A stretch of DNA of 64,000 nt from the human T2T-CHM13v2.0 reference genome, Homo sapiens. The stretch's first letter is position 1, and every line of letters starts with the position of its first letter. Made by a program: the position numbers and the translations under genes. Positions 51,480 to 64,000 of the stretch are shown here, piece after piece. Under the pieces are notes generated by a model. The model was not told where the DNA came from. It searched no databases and saw only the letters and a program-made list of their open reading frames with translations. The DNA is taken from assembly GCF_009914755.1 (NCBI RefSeq), contig NC_060925.1. One strand, given 5' to 3'.

Positions 51480-52990
51480 CTGAGCTGGGGCGTCCGGACC
51501 GCTCCATGGGGTATGCGGTCTCCATGGGGTATGCGGTCGAGCTGGGCACTGACACTTCCCTACTTTGGAACTGTGCTATGGGCAAGATGGGAGCAGGCGC
51601 TGAATCCGTGGCGCATGGGGAAAGCGGCGGTCGGAGTGGGGCTTCCTGGCCTGTCACCTCCTCCTGAGCTGCTGCGAGGAGAGGCGCGTTGGCCTCCTGG
51701 GCCACAGCTGCCTCCCTGCCCAGGGAATCCCGGGAGATGCGAATATCGAAGAACTCTGAAAATCAAATCGCATTTCTAAACGCCAGGTGGAGATTTGTTT
51801 TGAGGTTCCTAAATGACAGATGTCCCGGCGGAGGAGCGCAGAGGAGGGCGGGCCAGTTGCGTCGGGAGAGGAGGAGCCGCAGGCTGGGAGGCGCGCGCGT
51901 CACTCGCGGGCAGGGGCTGGCTGGCCGGGCGCGCGGCCGGGCGGGGGCTGCTCCGGGGAGCGCGGGGGCGGGGGCGTGCGCGTGGCCGGGCGTGCGCGCG
52001 ACCACCCGGGGCGTCCAGGCTGCCCGCGCGCGCCCAAGCCCTGCTTAAAAAAGGGAGCCCCGAGCCCGCGCCCTCCGCCCGGTGCGTCCCGCGGGACGTT
52101 CCAAGAGCAGTGCGGAGAGCGCGTGGGCCGCGGCGGAGGCCGGGCTGGGGGGCGGGTTCGCGGCAGTTCCCCCCGGCTCCCCGGCAGTTCCCCCCGGCTC
52201 CTCTGCCGCCTGGCCCGGGAGCTGCCCTTTATTTATTTATTTCAGTGGGCAAAGCGGGGTCATTTGTGTTGAGGACGCAAATCTTTCCAGGAAGTTTGTG
52301 CCTATTAATATTTCAGTTCCTGGCAGCCGCCTCGAGTGCGGGGCGGGGGAGTTCAGTGCTGCGGGGGAGGGAGGCGCCTGCAGCTGCCCTGGCCCACTGG
52401 CCTCGGCTGGCCGCTTGCGGCGAGGCCGAGGGGCAGCCCCTGGGCCTCCTGGGCGCCCCCCGACCCCCGCCACCACTGGGGAAGGCAGGGCCGGCGCGGA
52501 CCCCCAGAGGCGCGCGGATCCCCAGAGGCAAGCCGACCTGCTTCCGGAGCCACGCGCGGGGCGAAAGAGGCGGCCCCGGATGCTGCGACCAGAGCGAGGG
52601 CGCCAGCTCGGGGCTTCCCGGAGCGGGGGCGGAGGAGGCAGCAGCCCGGAGAGGCTGCTTAGCCACCAGATGTCCGCGGGTGGCCCGCGCGGCGCGGGCG
52701 GAGGAAGGAAGGGCGGCTCTAGGGGCGTCCTGGCTAGTCGTCCGCGACCGCGCTCTCGGGTAGCCGGGGATGGCGGGGCCTGGGGCCCGGGGCCTTGCTG
52801 ACCTTGCTCCAGCCACACAGCCGGAGGGAGCTGCAGCAGAAACTTGCCATTTTAAAGCTCGGCTACCCCTCACCACCACCTGGCAAGATTGTCATCATCT
52901 CCAATCTACAGAAGCGGAAGCCGGAGCTAAATAGCCTGCTAGAGGTCACGGTGCTGCTGCCCAACGGCGGGAGCCCGGATTTCTGACATG
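51480..52990. promoter_or_regulatory. CpG island 3 (no associated coding gene seen)
   Basis: Dense CpG/GC, GC boxes ~51935-51975, TTAAAAAA at ~52045, AT-rich core at 52225-52315. Confidence 0.8.
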
Positions 52991-55335
52991 TCTTGCAAGA
53001 AAGAGTCCCTTGGAAGCAAATGCAATTATATTCTTCTGTGGTATCAACCAACAGAATCCCCCCACTAAGGGGAACTCAAGATACCGATGGAACTCTAGGC
53101 TGGAGCGGCGGGAGTTTGCCAGATACTCGTAATCTTCGTTCCCCAGCATAAGTGCCTGCTCACTCTTTCCAGCCAGTCACATCTGGAACACCCATCATTT
53201 TCCCAAAGAAACTATTTTTAACACCCCCAGGTGCATATTTAGATAAAGGCATTTGAAGCAGTTGACATAGCCACCTCTGGAGTGTGGGCTCCTGACAAGG
53301 ACACTTCAAATGCTAACTGTCCCCAGGGGATAAATTTAAGTCGTCAAGCACACAGGGACATCACACTGTCTCTTCCTCAGTATTCTAACGTCATTGGTAG
53401 ACCCTATGGCCGCCTTCCTGCGCAGGATTATCAGCCCACTGCTCAGGGACTCTGTCCAGCTCTGCATGGAAGTCACTGGCACCAGGTCATTAGCACCAGG
53501 GCCAAGACTTGGAAACCTCTGGGCAAAGGGAGGGTTTGTCTCATAAACCTTCTCACTCCAGGGTCCTCCTCCCCTTTGTAGCTCCTTCCCCATTCTACCT
53601 TTCACTGGCACACCTGTTCCTTTCACTGGCACACCTGTTCCTCCCAGGTGGCCAATGGGCCCGTAGGGAGGATATGACAGATTCTGGCATTTTAAGGTAG
53701 GACTCGCTGAGTCCCCAAGGGAGTGTGAGCAGAGCTGGCTATAGCATCTGCCTCCCTGAGATGCCAGGCTTGGTGATGCAGTGGAGGAATCTCAGCTCCC
53801 ATGGCCGCAGGCAGCAGGAGACGCGTTTTGGAGGCTTAAGTCCTTGAGCATGGCTGGTCCTATGAGCCTTCCCAGCTCGGAGCCATACCCAAAGTGCCCT
53901 GCTTCTGTTTGCATTCACGCCCACGAGGGTTCAGTGAGGGAGGTCCATGAAATAAATGCCCTCTCCTCGGCTTGGGTGGGCCAGGCCCTGCCAGCTGCCT
54001 TCACTTTTGGCTGCAGAAAGCCTGCCAGGCTGCAGTGTGCAAAAGCCTGGAACAATGACTGGTAGCATCAGCTATTTTAATGCAGAGTTAGGCACACAAT
54101 CCTTGCTAAATATAAATACAAAGGAAAACCCCAAAGTAGCTAAGCCTATTTTAATACCTTTTATTTTTCTCATTCCTGGTTCTTTTGTCTTCTCCTTGCT
54201 ACTTGAGAGCTGCGGTTCACACAGGGCCCACCCTGAGTGTTGTCAGGGCTCCCACCCATGTCCTGGTCACACAGCCCAATCTTGATCATTGGCAGAAATG
54301 GAGTCAGAGGAAAGAGATCCAACAACTATTTCTTTGTTGTTTTAATGCAATTTACATTAAATCAAAAGTGAATGATGGCACCACTTCTGAGACTTGGTTG
54401 CTGAAAAGGAGCCTAGGGTTAGTGTAGCCTCTTCCCATCCCTCCCCTCTTCCAACTCTACACAGTCCCTCCATGGGGAGAAGGGATGTTTGCAAATCACC
54501 AACCTAAGAAATGGCCAGCAAATGAAGGATGCCGTCCTCCCAGTGGGAGATAACAAATCCAAATGCCACTGGGCTCCTGGAGGTGTCACCACTTACCTTT
54601 CAGAAAAGAAACAAGAGCAACAGACACCTCTGGGGATGTCTACCTAAACTGGAACCAGTGACCCCTCTTTTCTCTAGGAAATGATCTTCACCCATGTGGG
54701 GTCAAGTAGCTTCCACGTACTATGTTATTACAATTTTTCTCTGCCCACTCCACCTCCTCCACAGATGATAGGATCAGGGGTGGAACCTGGCCAGTCAGAG
54801 CCTCGTCCCTGGAAATTGGAACAGGGAGAAAGAGAGGGAAGGAGAGAGACAAAGTCTAACATCTGGGACCCCTCAGTGAGTTTCTGTTGACTCTCTTTTT
54901 TTCCAGAGTGTGGGTCACACTTTCCTTTTTCTTTGCATGTCTTGCAATTTTTTGTTGACAAATGGACATTTTAGATAATATGGCCAAACACGGTGGCTCA
55001 CACCTGTAATTTCAGCACTTTGGGAGGTCGAGGTGGTAGGATCCTTTGAGGCCAGGAGTTTGAGACCAGCCTGGGCAACACAGTGAGACCCTGTCTCTAC
55101 AAAAAATACAAAAATTAGCTGGTGTGCCTGTAGTCCCAGCTACTCAGAGGCCGAGAAGTTGCAGTGAGCCAAGATTGTGCCACTGCACTCCAGCCTTGGT
55201 GATAGAGCAAGACCATGTCTCAGTAAATAAATAAATAAAATAAGGCCGGGCACAGTGGTTCATGCCTGTAATGCCAGCACTTTGGGAGGCTGAGGCAGGC
55301 AGATCACCTGAGGTCAGAAGTTCAAGACCAGCCTA

Positions 55336-55680
<345 letters not shown>

Positions 55681-56189
55681 TCACAGTGTGCAGCTGCTGC
55701 TATTTCTGCTGCTTTTCTTTTTTAAGAAAACAAGTTTTATTTTTATAATTAGAACGTTCTAATGAAAATATTATTGTAATATTAGTAACCTTTATTCCGG
55801 GCGCTGATCTGCTCAGTAGTTTTCCTGCTTGTTTTTATTTATTTATTTTATTTTTTAAGACAGAGTCTCACTCTGTCACCTGTCACCCAGGCTGGAGTGC
55901 AGTGGTGCAATCTTGGCTCACTACAAACTCCGCCTCCATCCCCACCCCACTGGGCTCAAGCGATTCTCCCACCTCAGCCTCCCGAGTAGCTGGGATTACA
56001 GGTGTGCACCACCATACCCAACTAATTTTTGTGTTTTTAGTAGAGACAGGGTTTCGCCGTGTTGCCCAGGTTGTTCTCCAACTCCTGACCTTAAATGATC
56101 CATCTGCCTCAGCCTCCCAAAGTGCGGGGATTACAGGTGTGAGCCACTGCGCCCAGCCTGCTTGTTTTTATTTTTAAGCCTGACTTTCT

Positions 56190-57834
56190 TTTTATTTATT
56201 TATTTATTTATTTTTTTTTTTTATTGATCATTCTTGGGTGTTTCTCGCAGAGGGGGATTTGGCAGGGTCACAGGACAATAGTGGAGGGAAGGTCAGCAGA
56301 TAAACAAGTGAACAAAGGTCTCTGGTTTTCCTAGGCAGAGGACCCTGCGGCCTTCCGCAGTGTTTGTGTCCCTGGGTACTTGAGATTAGGGAGTGGTGAT
56401 GACTCTTAACGAGCATGCTGCCTTCAAGCATCTGTTTAACAAAGCACATCTTGCACCGCCCTTAATCCATTTAACCCTGAGTGGACACAGCACATGTTTC
56501 AGAGAGCACAGGGTTGGGGGTAAGGTCACAGATCAACAGGATCCCAAGGCAGAAGAATTTTTCTTAGTACAGAACAAAATGAAAAGTCTCCCATGTCTAC
56601 CTCTTTCTACACAGACACGGCAACCATCCGATTTCTCAATCTTTTCCCCACCTTTGCCCCCTTTCTGTTCCACAAAACTGCCATTGTCATCATGGCCCGT
56701 TCTCAATGAGCTGTTGGGTACACCTCCCAGACGGGGTGGTGGCCGGGCAGAGGGGCTCCTCACTTCCCAGTAGGGGCGGCCGGGCAGAGGCGCCCCTCAC
56801 CTCCCGGATGGGGCGGCTGGCCGGGCGGGGGGCTGACCCCCCCACCTCCCTCCCGGTCGGGGCGGCCGGCCAGGCAGAGGGGCTCCTCACTTCCCAGTAG
56901 GGCGGCCGGGCAGAGGCGCCCCTCACCTCCCGGAGGGGGCGGCTGGCCAGGCAGGGGGCTGACCCCCCCACCTCCCTCCCGGACGGGGTGGCTGCCGGGC
57001 GGAGACGCTCCTCACTTCCCAGACGGGGTGGCTGCCGGGCGGAGGGGCTCCCCACTTCTCAGACGGGGCGGCTGCTGGGCGGAGGGGCTCCTCACTTCTC
57101 AGACAGGGCGGTTGCCAGGCAGAGGGTCTCCTCACTTCTCAGACGGGGCGGCCGGGCAGAGACGCTCCTCACATCCCGGACGGGGCGACAGGGCAGAGGC
57201 GCTCCCCACATCTCAGACAATGGGCGGCCGGGCAGAGACGCTCCTCACTTCCTACATGGGATGGCGGCCGGGAAGAGGCGCTCCTCACTTCCTAGATGAG
57301 ATGGCGGCTGGGCAGAGACGCTCCTCACTTTCCAGACTGGGCAGCCAGGCAGAGGGGCTCCTCACATCCCAGACGATGGGCGGCCAGGCAGAGACGCTCC
57401 TCACTTCCCAGACGGGGTGGCGGCCAGGCAGAGGCTGCAATCTCAGCACTTTGGGAGGCCAAGGCAGGCGGCTGGGAGGTAGATGTTGTAGCGAGCTGAG
57501 ATCACGCCACTGCACTCCAGCCTGGGCACCATTGAGCACTGAGTGAAGGAGACTCCGTCTGCAATCCTGGCACCTCGGGAGGCCGAGGCTGGCGGATCAC
57601 TCGCGGTTAGGAGCTGGAGACCAGCCCGGCCAACACAGCGAAACCCAAAAAATACGAAAACCAGTCAGGCGTGGCGGTGCGCGCCTGAGGCACTCGGCAG
57701 GCTGAGGCAGGAGAATCAGGCAGGGAGGTTGCAGTGAGCCGAGATGGCAGCAGTACAGTCCAGCTTCGGCTCGGCATCAGAGGGAGACAGTGGAAAGAGG
57801 GGAGGGGGAGGGGGAGGTGGAGGGAGAGGGAGAG
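56190..57834 (-). mobile_element. Full-length SVA retrotransposon
   Basis: On the minus strand: (CCCTCT/CCCCCT) hexamers ~57796-57834, Alu-like domain ~57430-57790, GC-rich VNTR ~56720-57430, HERV-K-derived SINE-R ~56225-56720, AATAAA (TTTATT 56220-56225) and poly(A)/(AAAT)n tail. Perfect 16-bp TSD TTAAGCCTGACTTTCT at 56174-56189 and 57835-57850. Confidence 0.97.
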
Positions 57835-58231
57835 TTAAGCCTGACTTTCTAAGGGTTGTCCCTGGAAGCCAGTGATTGGTCAGAGGTTGTGAGAAACAAT
57901 TTGAGCCAGTAAAGCTTCCACTGTTTGCTAATGGATCTGTGTGTAGATTGTGAGGAACATATTCAAAGTCCAGACAACTTTACAAGTCTGATGCTGCTTT
58001 TGCTTTCCCCCAGGCCCTTTCCTGTCTCCTCTGCAGTGTGCCAGTCACGATGTTCTCCTCCGCATGTGTGGGTAGCTAGGGCCCTCTCTGGTCTCTCTTG
58101 AGTGTGATGCAAACTTTCGCATGCCTGCAGCCTTCCAGACCACTGAGGGTGTGAGGCCGCTTACCCACTAATCCCTCCTTCTCAGAGGAGGGTCAGGGTG
58201 AGCCGTGTTCGGGCCCTTAGTGCCACAGTCA

Positions 58232-58652
<421 letters not shown>

Positions 58653-58776
58653 CTACATGGCCTTCTCCCTTCTCTTCCCCTTCACAAATATATTCAACGG
58701 TCCACAGGCAGGGGCCTTGGGGAAAGAGATAACAAAGACAAGGTTCTCAATGACAAGAAACTCGGGCTAGCCTTAA

Positions 58777-59102
<326 letters not shown>

Positions 59103-61526
59103 TAGACAATATCCTGAGTGCCCCAACCAGTGTTAACTGGGAGCTAAGGGGAGAGTGCTGGTAGACAGATACTGTGCTCTGAGGGATGAGCACCCCAGCT
59201 TCCCCCATGCACCCGCAATTCAGGATGTTGTGAGTGATGTTCTTTCCTTTGCATGCCTCACTTTTTTTGTTTGTTTGTTTGTTTGAGACAGGTTCTCTCT
59301 ATGTCGCCCAGGCTGGAGTGTGCAGTGGTTATTCATGGGTATGATCATAGCGCACTGCAGCCTCCATCTCCTGGGCTTAGGCGATCCTCCCACCTCAGCC
59401 TCCCGAGTAGCTGGGACTATAGATGTATACCACTGCACACGGCTGTATGCCTCAGTTTTTATGAATATTTTATTTATTTACTTGTTGGGTAACATTCATG
59501 TAGCTCAACATTCTGAAGGGGCCAAAGGGTATTGAGGGACAACTCCCCTCCCTTCCCCAGCCCCCAGCAACCTGGCTTCTGTGCAGCCCTGTGTTCCAGC
59601 TGTAAGGTTTAGGCTCCCAGGTATGCAGCAAACATTTCCCTGCCAGTGGGATAATGAAGCTGCCTGTCAGGAGCACCTCCAGCCCCAGCCCTGGAGATGA
59701 GACTGCCTTATAGCGCTCTAGCTTGATGGGCGCAGATGACAGTGACAGCCAAGGCCAGAGGAGGGCAGGACCAGAGTGGGTCTAGGGACGTGGGAACCTG
59801 GGAGAGGCTAGGAGCAAAGCAAGGAGTGTCCTGGCTTGGGCCTCATCCTCCAGAGTCCCAAAGGCCTGCTCACTCAGCCCTCAGGGTGACCAGAGACCTC
59901 AAGTATTGCAAAGTCTCCACAGCGGGTCTCTCTGACTGCCCTCACCACGCAACTCCTGAGGGCTGGACTCTATCCTGTAGGAGGTGGGGTGGGGTCCACT
60001 CTTTCCCTTTGGATGGGGGCAAATGGCAATTGTATTCCAGATGACAAAAGGGCTGTTGATATTTGGGGGAACCAGGTCGGGAAGGGGAGTTGGGGGAGGA
60101 TTCTCCTGATGATCTGTTCCAGCAGAGGCATGTCACTTCTTGAGGGACAGTGGCAGCTGTCAGCTAAAAGTTTTATTAAAGAAGCCCCTGACACTAACAG
60201 AGAGGTGATGAAGAATGATGGTGATGAATGTGGGTGCGGTGAACTGTTCGTTTTCTCATGGTGCCATCCCCACATGAGGCTCCTGCCTCAGGCGGCCTCT
60301 GTCTAGATTCATCTAGGCAATTAAGATTGCTGTGGGTGGCGGGGGTGGTGGTGTCTGTCTCCCCTCCCACCTTGGCCTGCTGCTCATGGTGTGGAGGAGG
60401 GGAGGAGATGGGAAGAGGGAGGAAGGGAAGGGTGAAGGAGGGGGAATCAGCTTTTTCTTAATGAGCAAATTCTTGAGGCTGGGGACCTTGACTGCTGGGG
60501 ACCCTGGGCTACTTTGATGGGTATGAGGTGGGGTACAGGGTAGGGAGGATCCTTAGACCTTCCTGGTGTGAATGGGCATTTTCTGGAGCTGGGAGTCTAT
60601 TTCTAAGGGAGGAGAGGAAGGGTCTGGATGAAGCATAGCCAGTTCCCCCGGGCTGACGCCTGACTGCAGGGAGGTGTGCACCCCCTTCCAGACATGTCCA
60701 GAGCAGGCCCTCATAGGATGGGGGAAGCCCTGCGAGGAGGTCACACAGGGCAAGTTGGAGAGCCAGAACAAGGATGGGGCCTCATGACTCAAGAGGCTTA
60801 GAGAGCTCTTTCTCCCTTTGTGGTGTATCTGTCCCTGTCCCAGACAGGAGTCCTCAGTGACCCTCAATATTCAATCAGCCAAGCCACAGGCAGCAGGCCC
60901 TTGGACATCACTGGACAACAGGGAGGAGCCCCAGGTGGGTGAAGGAAGGTGGAAGAGAGACAAAGGGCCTTCCAGGAGGAGGGTCTGGCCTATCTCCACA
61001 GTCCCCAGAGCCCCAGGCTATCTTTCTGCTGTGGCCAGAGGACGTTCCACTGGAACCCTTCACAACCTACAGCCAAGACTCACAGTGGAGGTCTCTGGGC
61101 AAGTCCCCCTTGGTCCCATTTTATAGATAAGGAAACAGTCTCAGAGAGGCTGGGTGACTTGCCTTGCTTAGGTCACACAGCTAGTAAATGGTGAAGTCAG
61201 AGTGTCCCCCCCAACCCCCCAATATGAGGAAGTAAGAATCACTCTCCGTGAACCCCAGAAAAATATGTCTTTATGTTTCCGCCCTCACCCCTACTGGAGA
61301 GCCTGATTCGAAACAAGTGTCAGGAACTGTGGGTAGGACAAATGAATGAAGAATAAACAGAAAAGGATGGCGGCAATCCACTGCACGAGGTGCATTCTGC
61401 CTGTGCACAGAGGATGAAGCCTGTCTCTCTTGAATGGGCTGTAAGCCCTCTCAAGCTGCAGGGATGCGGTGGTGGGAAGGACAGCCCCAGAGCTGTAATG
61501 AAGGCAGCTGGGTGGTTCCCACCTGA

Positions 61527-62144
<618 letters not shown>

Positions 62145-63089
62145 TGAGCAATGGTATTTACTAATGGGTCCCTCCCCAGAACCAAGGGGCCCCAGGAAGG
62201 CCGAGGCTTGAGTGGCCAGGGTGAGCTGAGGCTGGTGGGCCAAGATATGGCCCAGAATTCCCGTGCAGTTCTGGAGCCTGAGTGGCCATTTCCTCCATCC
62301 CTCTGTGTCCAGAGAGATGCCCTACTGAGTTTGGCAATGCTGTGGTTGAGCGAGGGTGGGAGTCCCCAAGCCAGGTGGGACAAGCAAAGTCAGAATCTTC
62401 ACAAGGAGAACCCACTCCTGGTAGAGCTACAGCCTGGGAGGCCGTGCCTGGCACACCTTGGGTGCCTGGCCAGTGAGGGTGCTCCCTGCATGGCCTCCCG
62501 GTCTCTTCCAGTCGAGCCTAGTGGAGCAAAGGATCTCCCCTAGGAGATGGGGCACAAGAGAGGAAACAGGTAGGAAGGGGCCCAGCTTCAGCATCCTCTG
62601 GCCAAGGAAGGGTAGAATCCTCCTGGACTCCCTGCTGGAGTGGATGCAGAGGGAATGGGAGGGAACCAGGCTCAGAGGCCCGTTAGAGAACGTCCTAGGC
62701 GCCCATCAGGTGAGCCGGCAGCATGCTCCAGCTGAACCACAGGCCCATCCTTGGCCCTGGAACCATTTTTACCACGGAAGTACTTATTTTACAGTAAGAC
62801 TCATTTCCAAATCCGCTGGCCTGTTACAAATATTCATTCACAGGTGATTTGCCTACAATTTACTCAATGAGAAAAATCCCGTTGCAAATAATTTCGTAAG
62901 TGGAGGAATCCCTTTTCAAGCAGATTATCAGCTTCTGCTTGTTGGGATGGATCTCCTTTTACCGAGCACGCTTAAAGGAAGGGCTGTACATCATTTTCCA
63001 GGCTCGTATTGAGCAGTGACAAGATCACAGCTTTGGTGGGTGGTGCACTTGGAAATGAGGGGCCCTGCCTCCCACCTTCCTTTAAAATA

Positions 63090-64000
63090 CAGTCGTAAGG
63101 CAGTTAGTAGGACGTCGTCAGTGCCCTTGCTAAGAGAGTTCCCACGCGGGGCCTCAGGGGCGGCGGGGCCGCCTTCCCCCACGGCCAGCCTAGGGAGCTT
63201 GGGAATCGCGACCCAATGCACAGACGGGCAGTGCTCGCTCTCTCTTCACAGGCGGGAAACCGAGGCACAACGACGGCTAGCACCTGCCCCGAGGTCACAC
63301 GGCGACCCAACTCGGTTCTCTGGCCGGCGGCCTTGTTGGTTCCGGTCTGGGAAAGGGACCCCGCAATCGTCCCTCCGGCCGCCAGCAGCGCCAGGCCCCC
63401 CCCCGCAGGGGCCGGGGGTGGCGGGCCCGCCGCTGACCTCCCCCGCCCGGCCTGGGTCCCGCGCTCCGCGGGGTGACAGCAGCCGGGCGCCCTCTGGTGG
63501 CCGCCGCGCGCAGCAGGCGGGAGCGCGGAGCGTCGGGGCCTGCAACCGGGCGGGGATGACGGGGGCCGGGGACCCTGCACTTTGGGACGACCTGGCCTGG
63601 TGGCCGCGCTTCCTTCGCTACAAAAAGGAAGCACATCTTGGAAACACCGAACTTCTGTGACACCAGTAGTTACACCTGGCCTCTGAATCGGGCGAGCAGC
63701 GCCCTCGCGCCCCCAGCGCTGAGCAGGGGCGGGCGGGGAGCGGAAACGGTGGCTGTGGTTGTTGCCGCGCGGCTGGGCGCCTGGGGAGCCCGCGGAGGGG
63801 CGCGGCCGCCAGACCCCGCCCGGCCCGGAGGTGAGGAGACCTCAGCCCCGGACGCCGAGGCCCCGCCCCGCCGGCGATGCACCCCCCGCCCACCTCCGCG
63901 CCCCTTTGTTCCGCGACCGCAGTCCCGCCGAGAGCCGCACTGAAGAGCCCCAGCCTGGCCGTCCCGCGGTTTCCCGCCGCCTCACCAGTCTCGGGCGGGA
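63090..64000. promoter_or_regulatory. CpG island 4 (continues past the window end)
   Basis: Dense CpG/GC, GC boxes, CTCF-consensus motif at 63487-63500. Confidence 0.82.
63487..63500 (-). promoter_or_regulatory. CTCF consensus motif
   Basis: Minus strand reads (GG)CCACCAGAGGGCGC, a full match to CCASYAGRKGGCRS. Confidence 0.65.

Noticed and set aside
51813-52879. 316-aa and overlapping ORFs in CpG island 3
   Set aside because: Same GC-composition artefact; no domain or exon structure support.
56393-57737. ORFs and ~40-bp repeats resembling an array or repeat protein
   Set aside because: These are the SVA VNTR and SINE-R; no unique spacers, not CRISPR, not a gene.
63016-63943. 214-aa and overlapping ORFs in CpG island 4
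   Set aside because: Same GC-composition artefact; any gene belonging to this island cannot be established within the window.

Overview
Primate (almost certainly human, chr1q42) genomic DNA. The only supportable protein-coding gene is H3-3A/H3F3A (histone H3.3), on the + strand. It has a CpG-island promoter (~3690-5660), a non-coding exon 1 (~4616-4723), coding exons 6263-6390, 7567-7720 and 13259-13387 (136 codons with the H3.3-diagnostic S31 and A87-A-I-G90, and wild-type K27/G34/K36), and a polyadenylated 3' UTR ending near 13909. The remaining ~50 kb is repeat-dense intergenic DNA with three more CpG islands: ~24.9-26.0 kb (probably the LINC01703 promoter), ~51.5-53.0 kb and ~63.1-64.0 kb. 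Repeats include dozens of Alus, many nested and with readable TSDs, and a full-length SVA with a perfect 16-bp TSD. There is also an ERVL pol relic, MER4/MaLR LTRs, Tigger3, MER47A, MER1A and MER33-type DNA transposon fossils, and L1/L2 fragments. I found no novel multi-gene system. The most interesting signal is that H3-3A exon 2 begins with GTAAGT, so splicing exon 1 to exon 2 regenerates the exon-1 donor exactly, a candidate recursive-splice site on the ATG-bearing exon. Repeat-family names come from recognition by eye, and their boundaries are approximate unless a TSD is cited.
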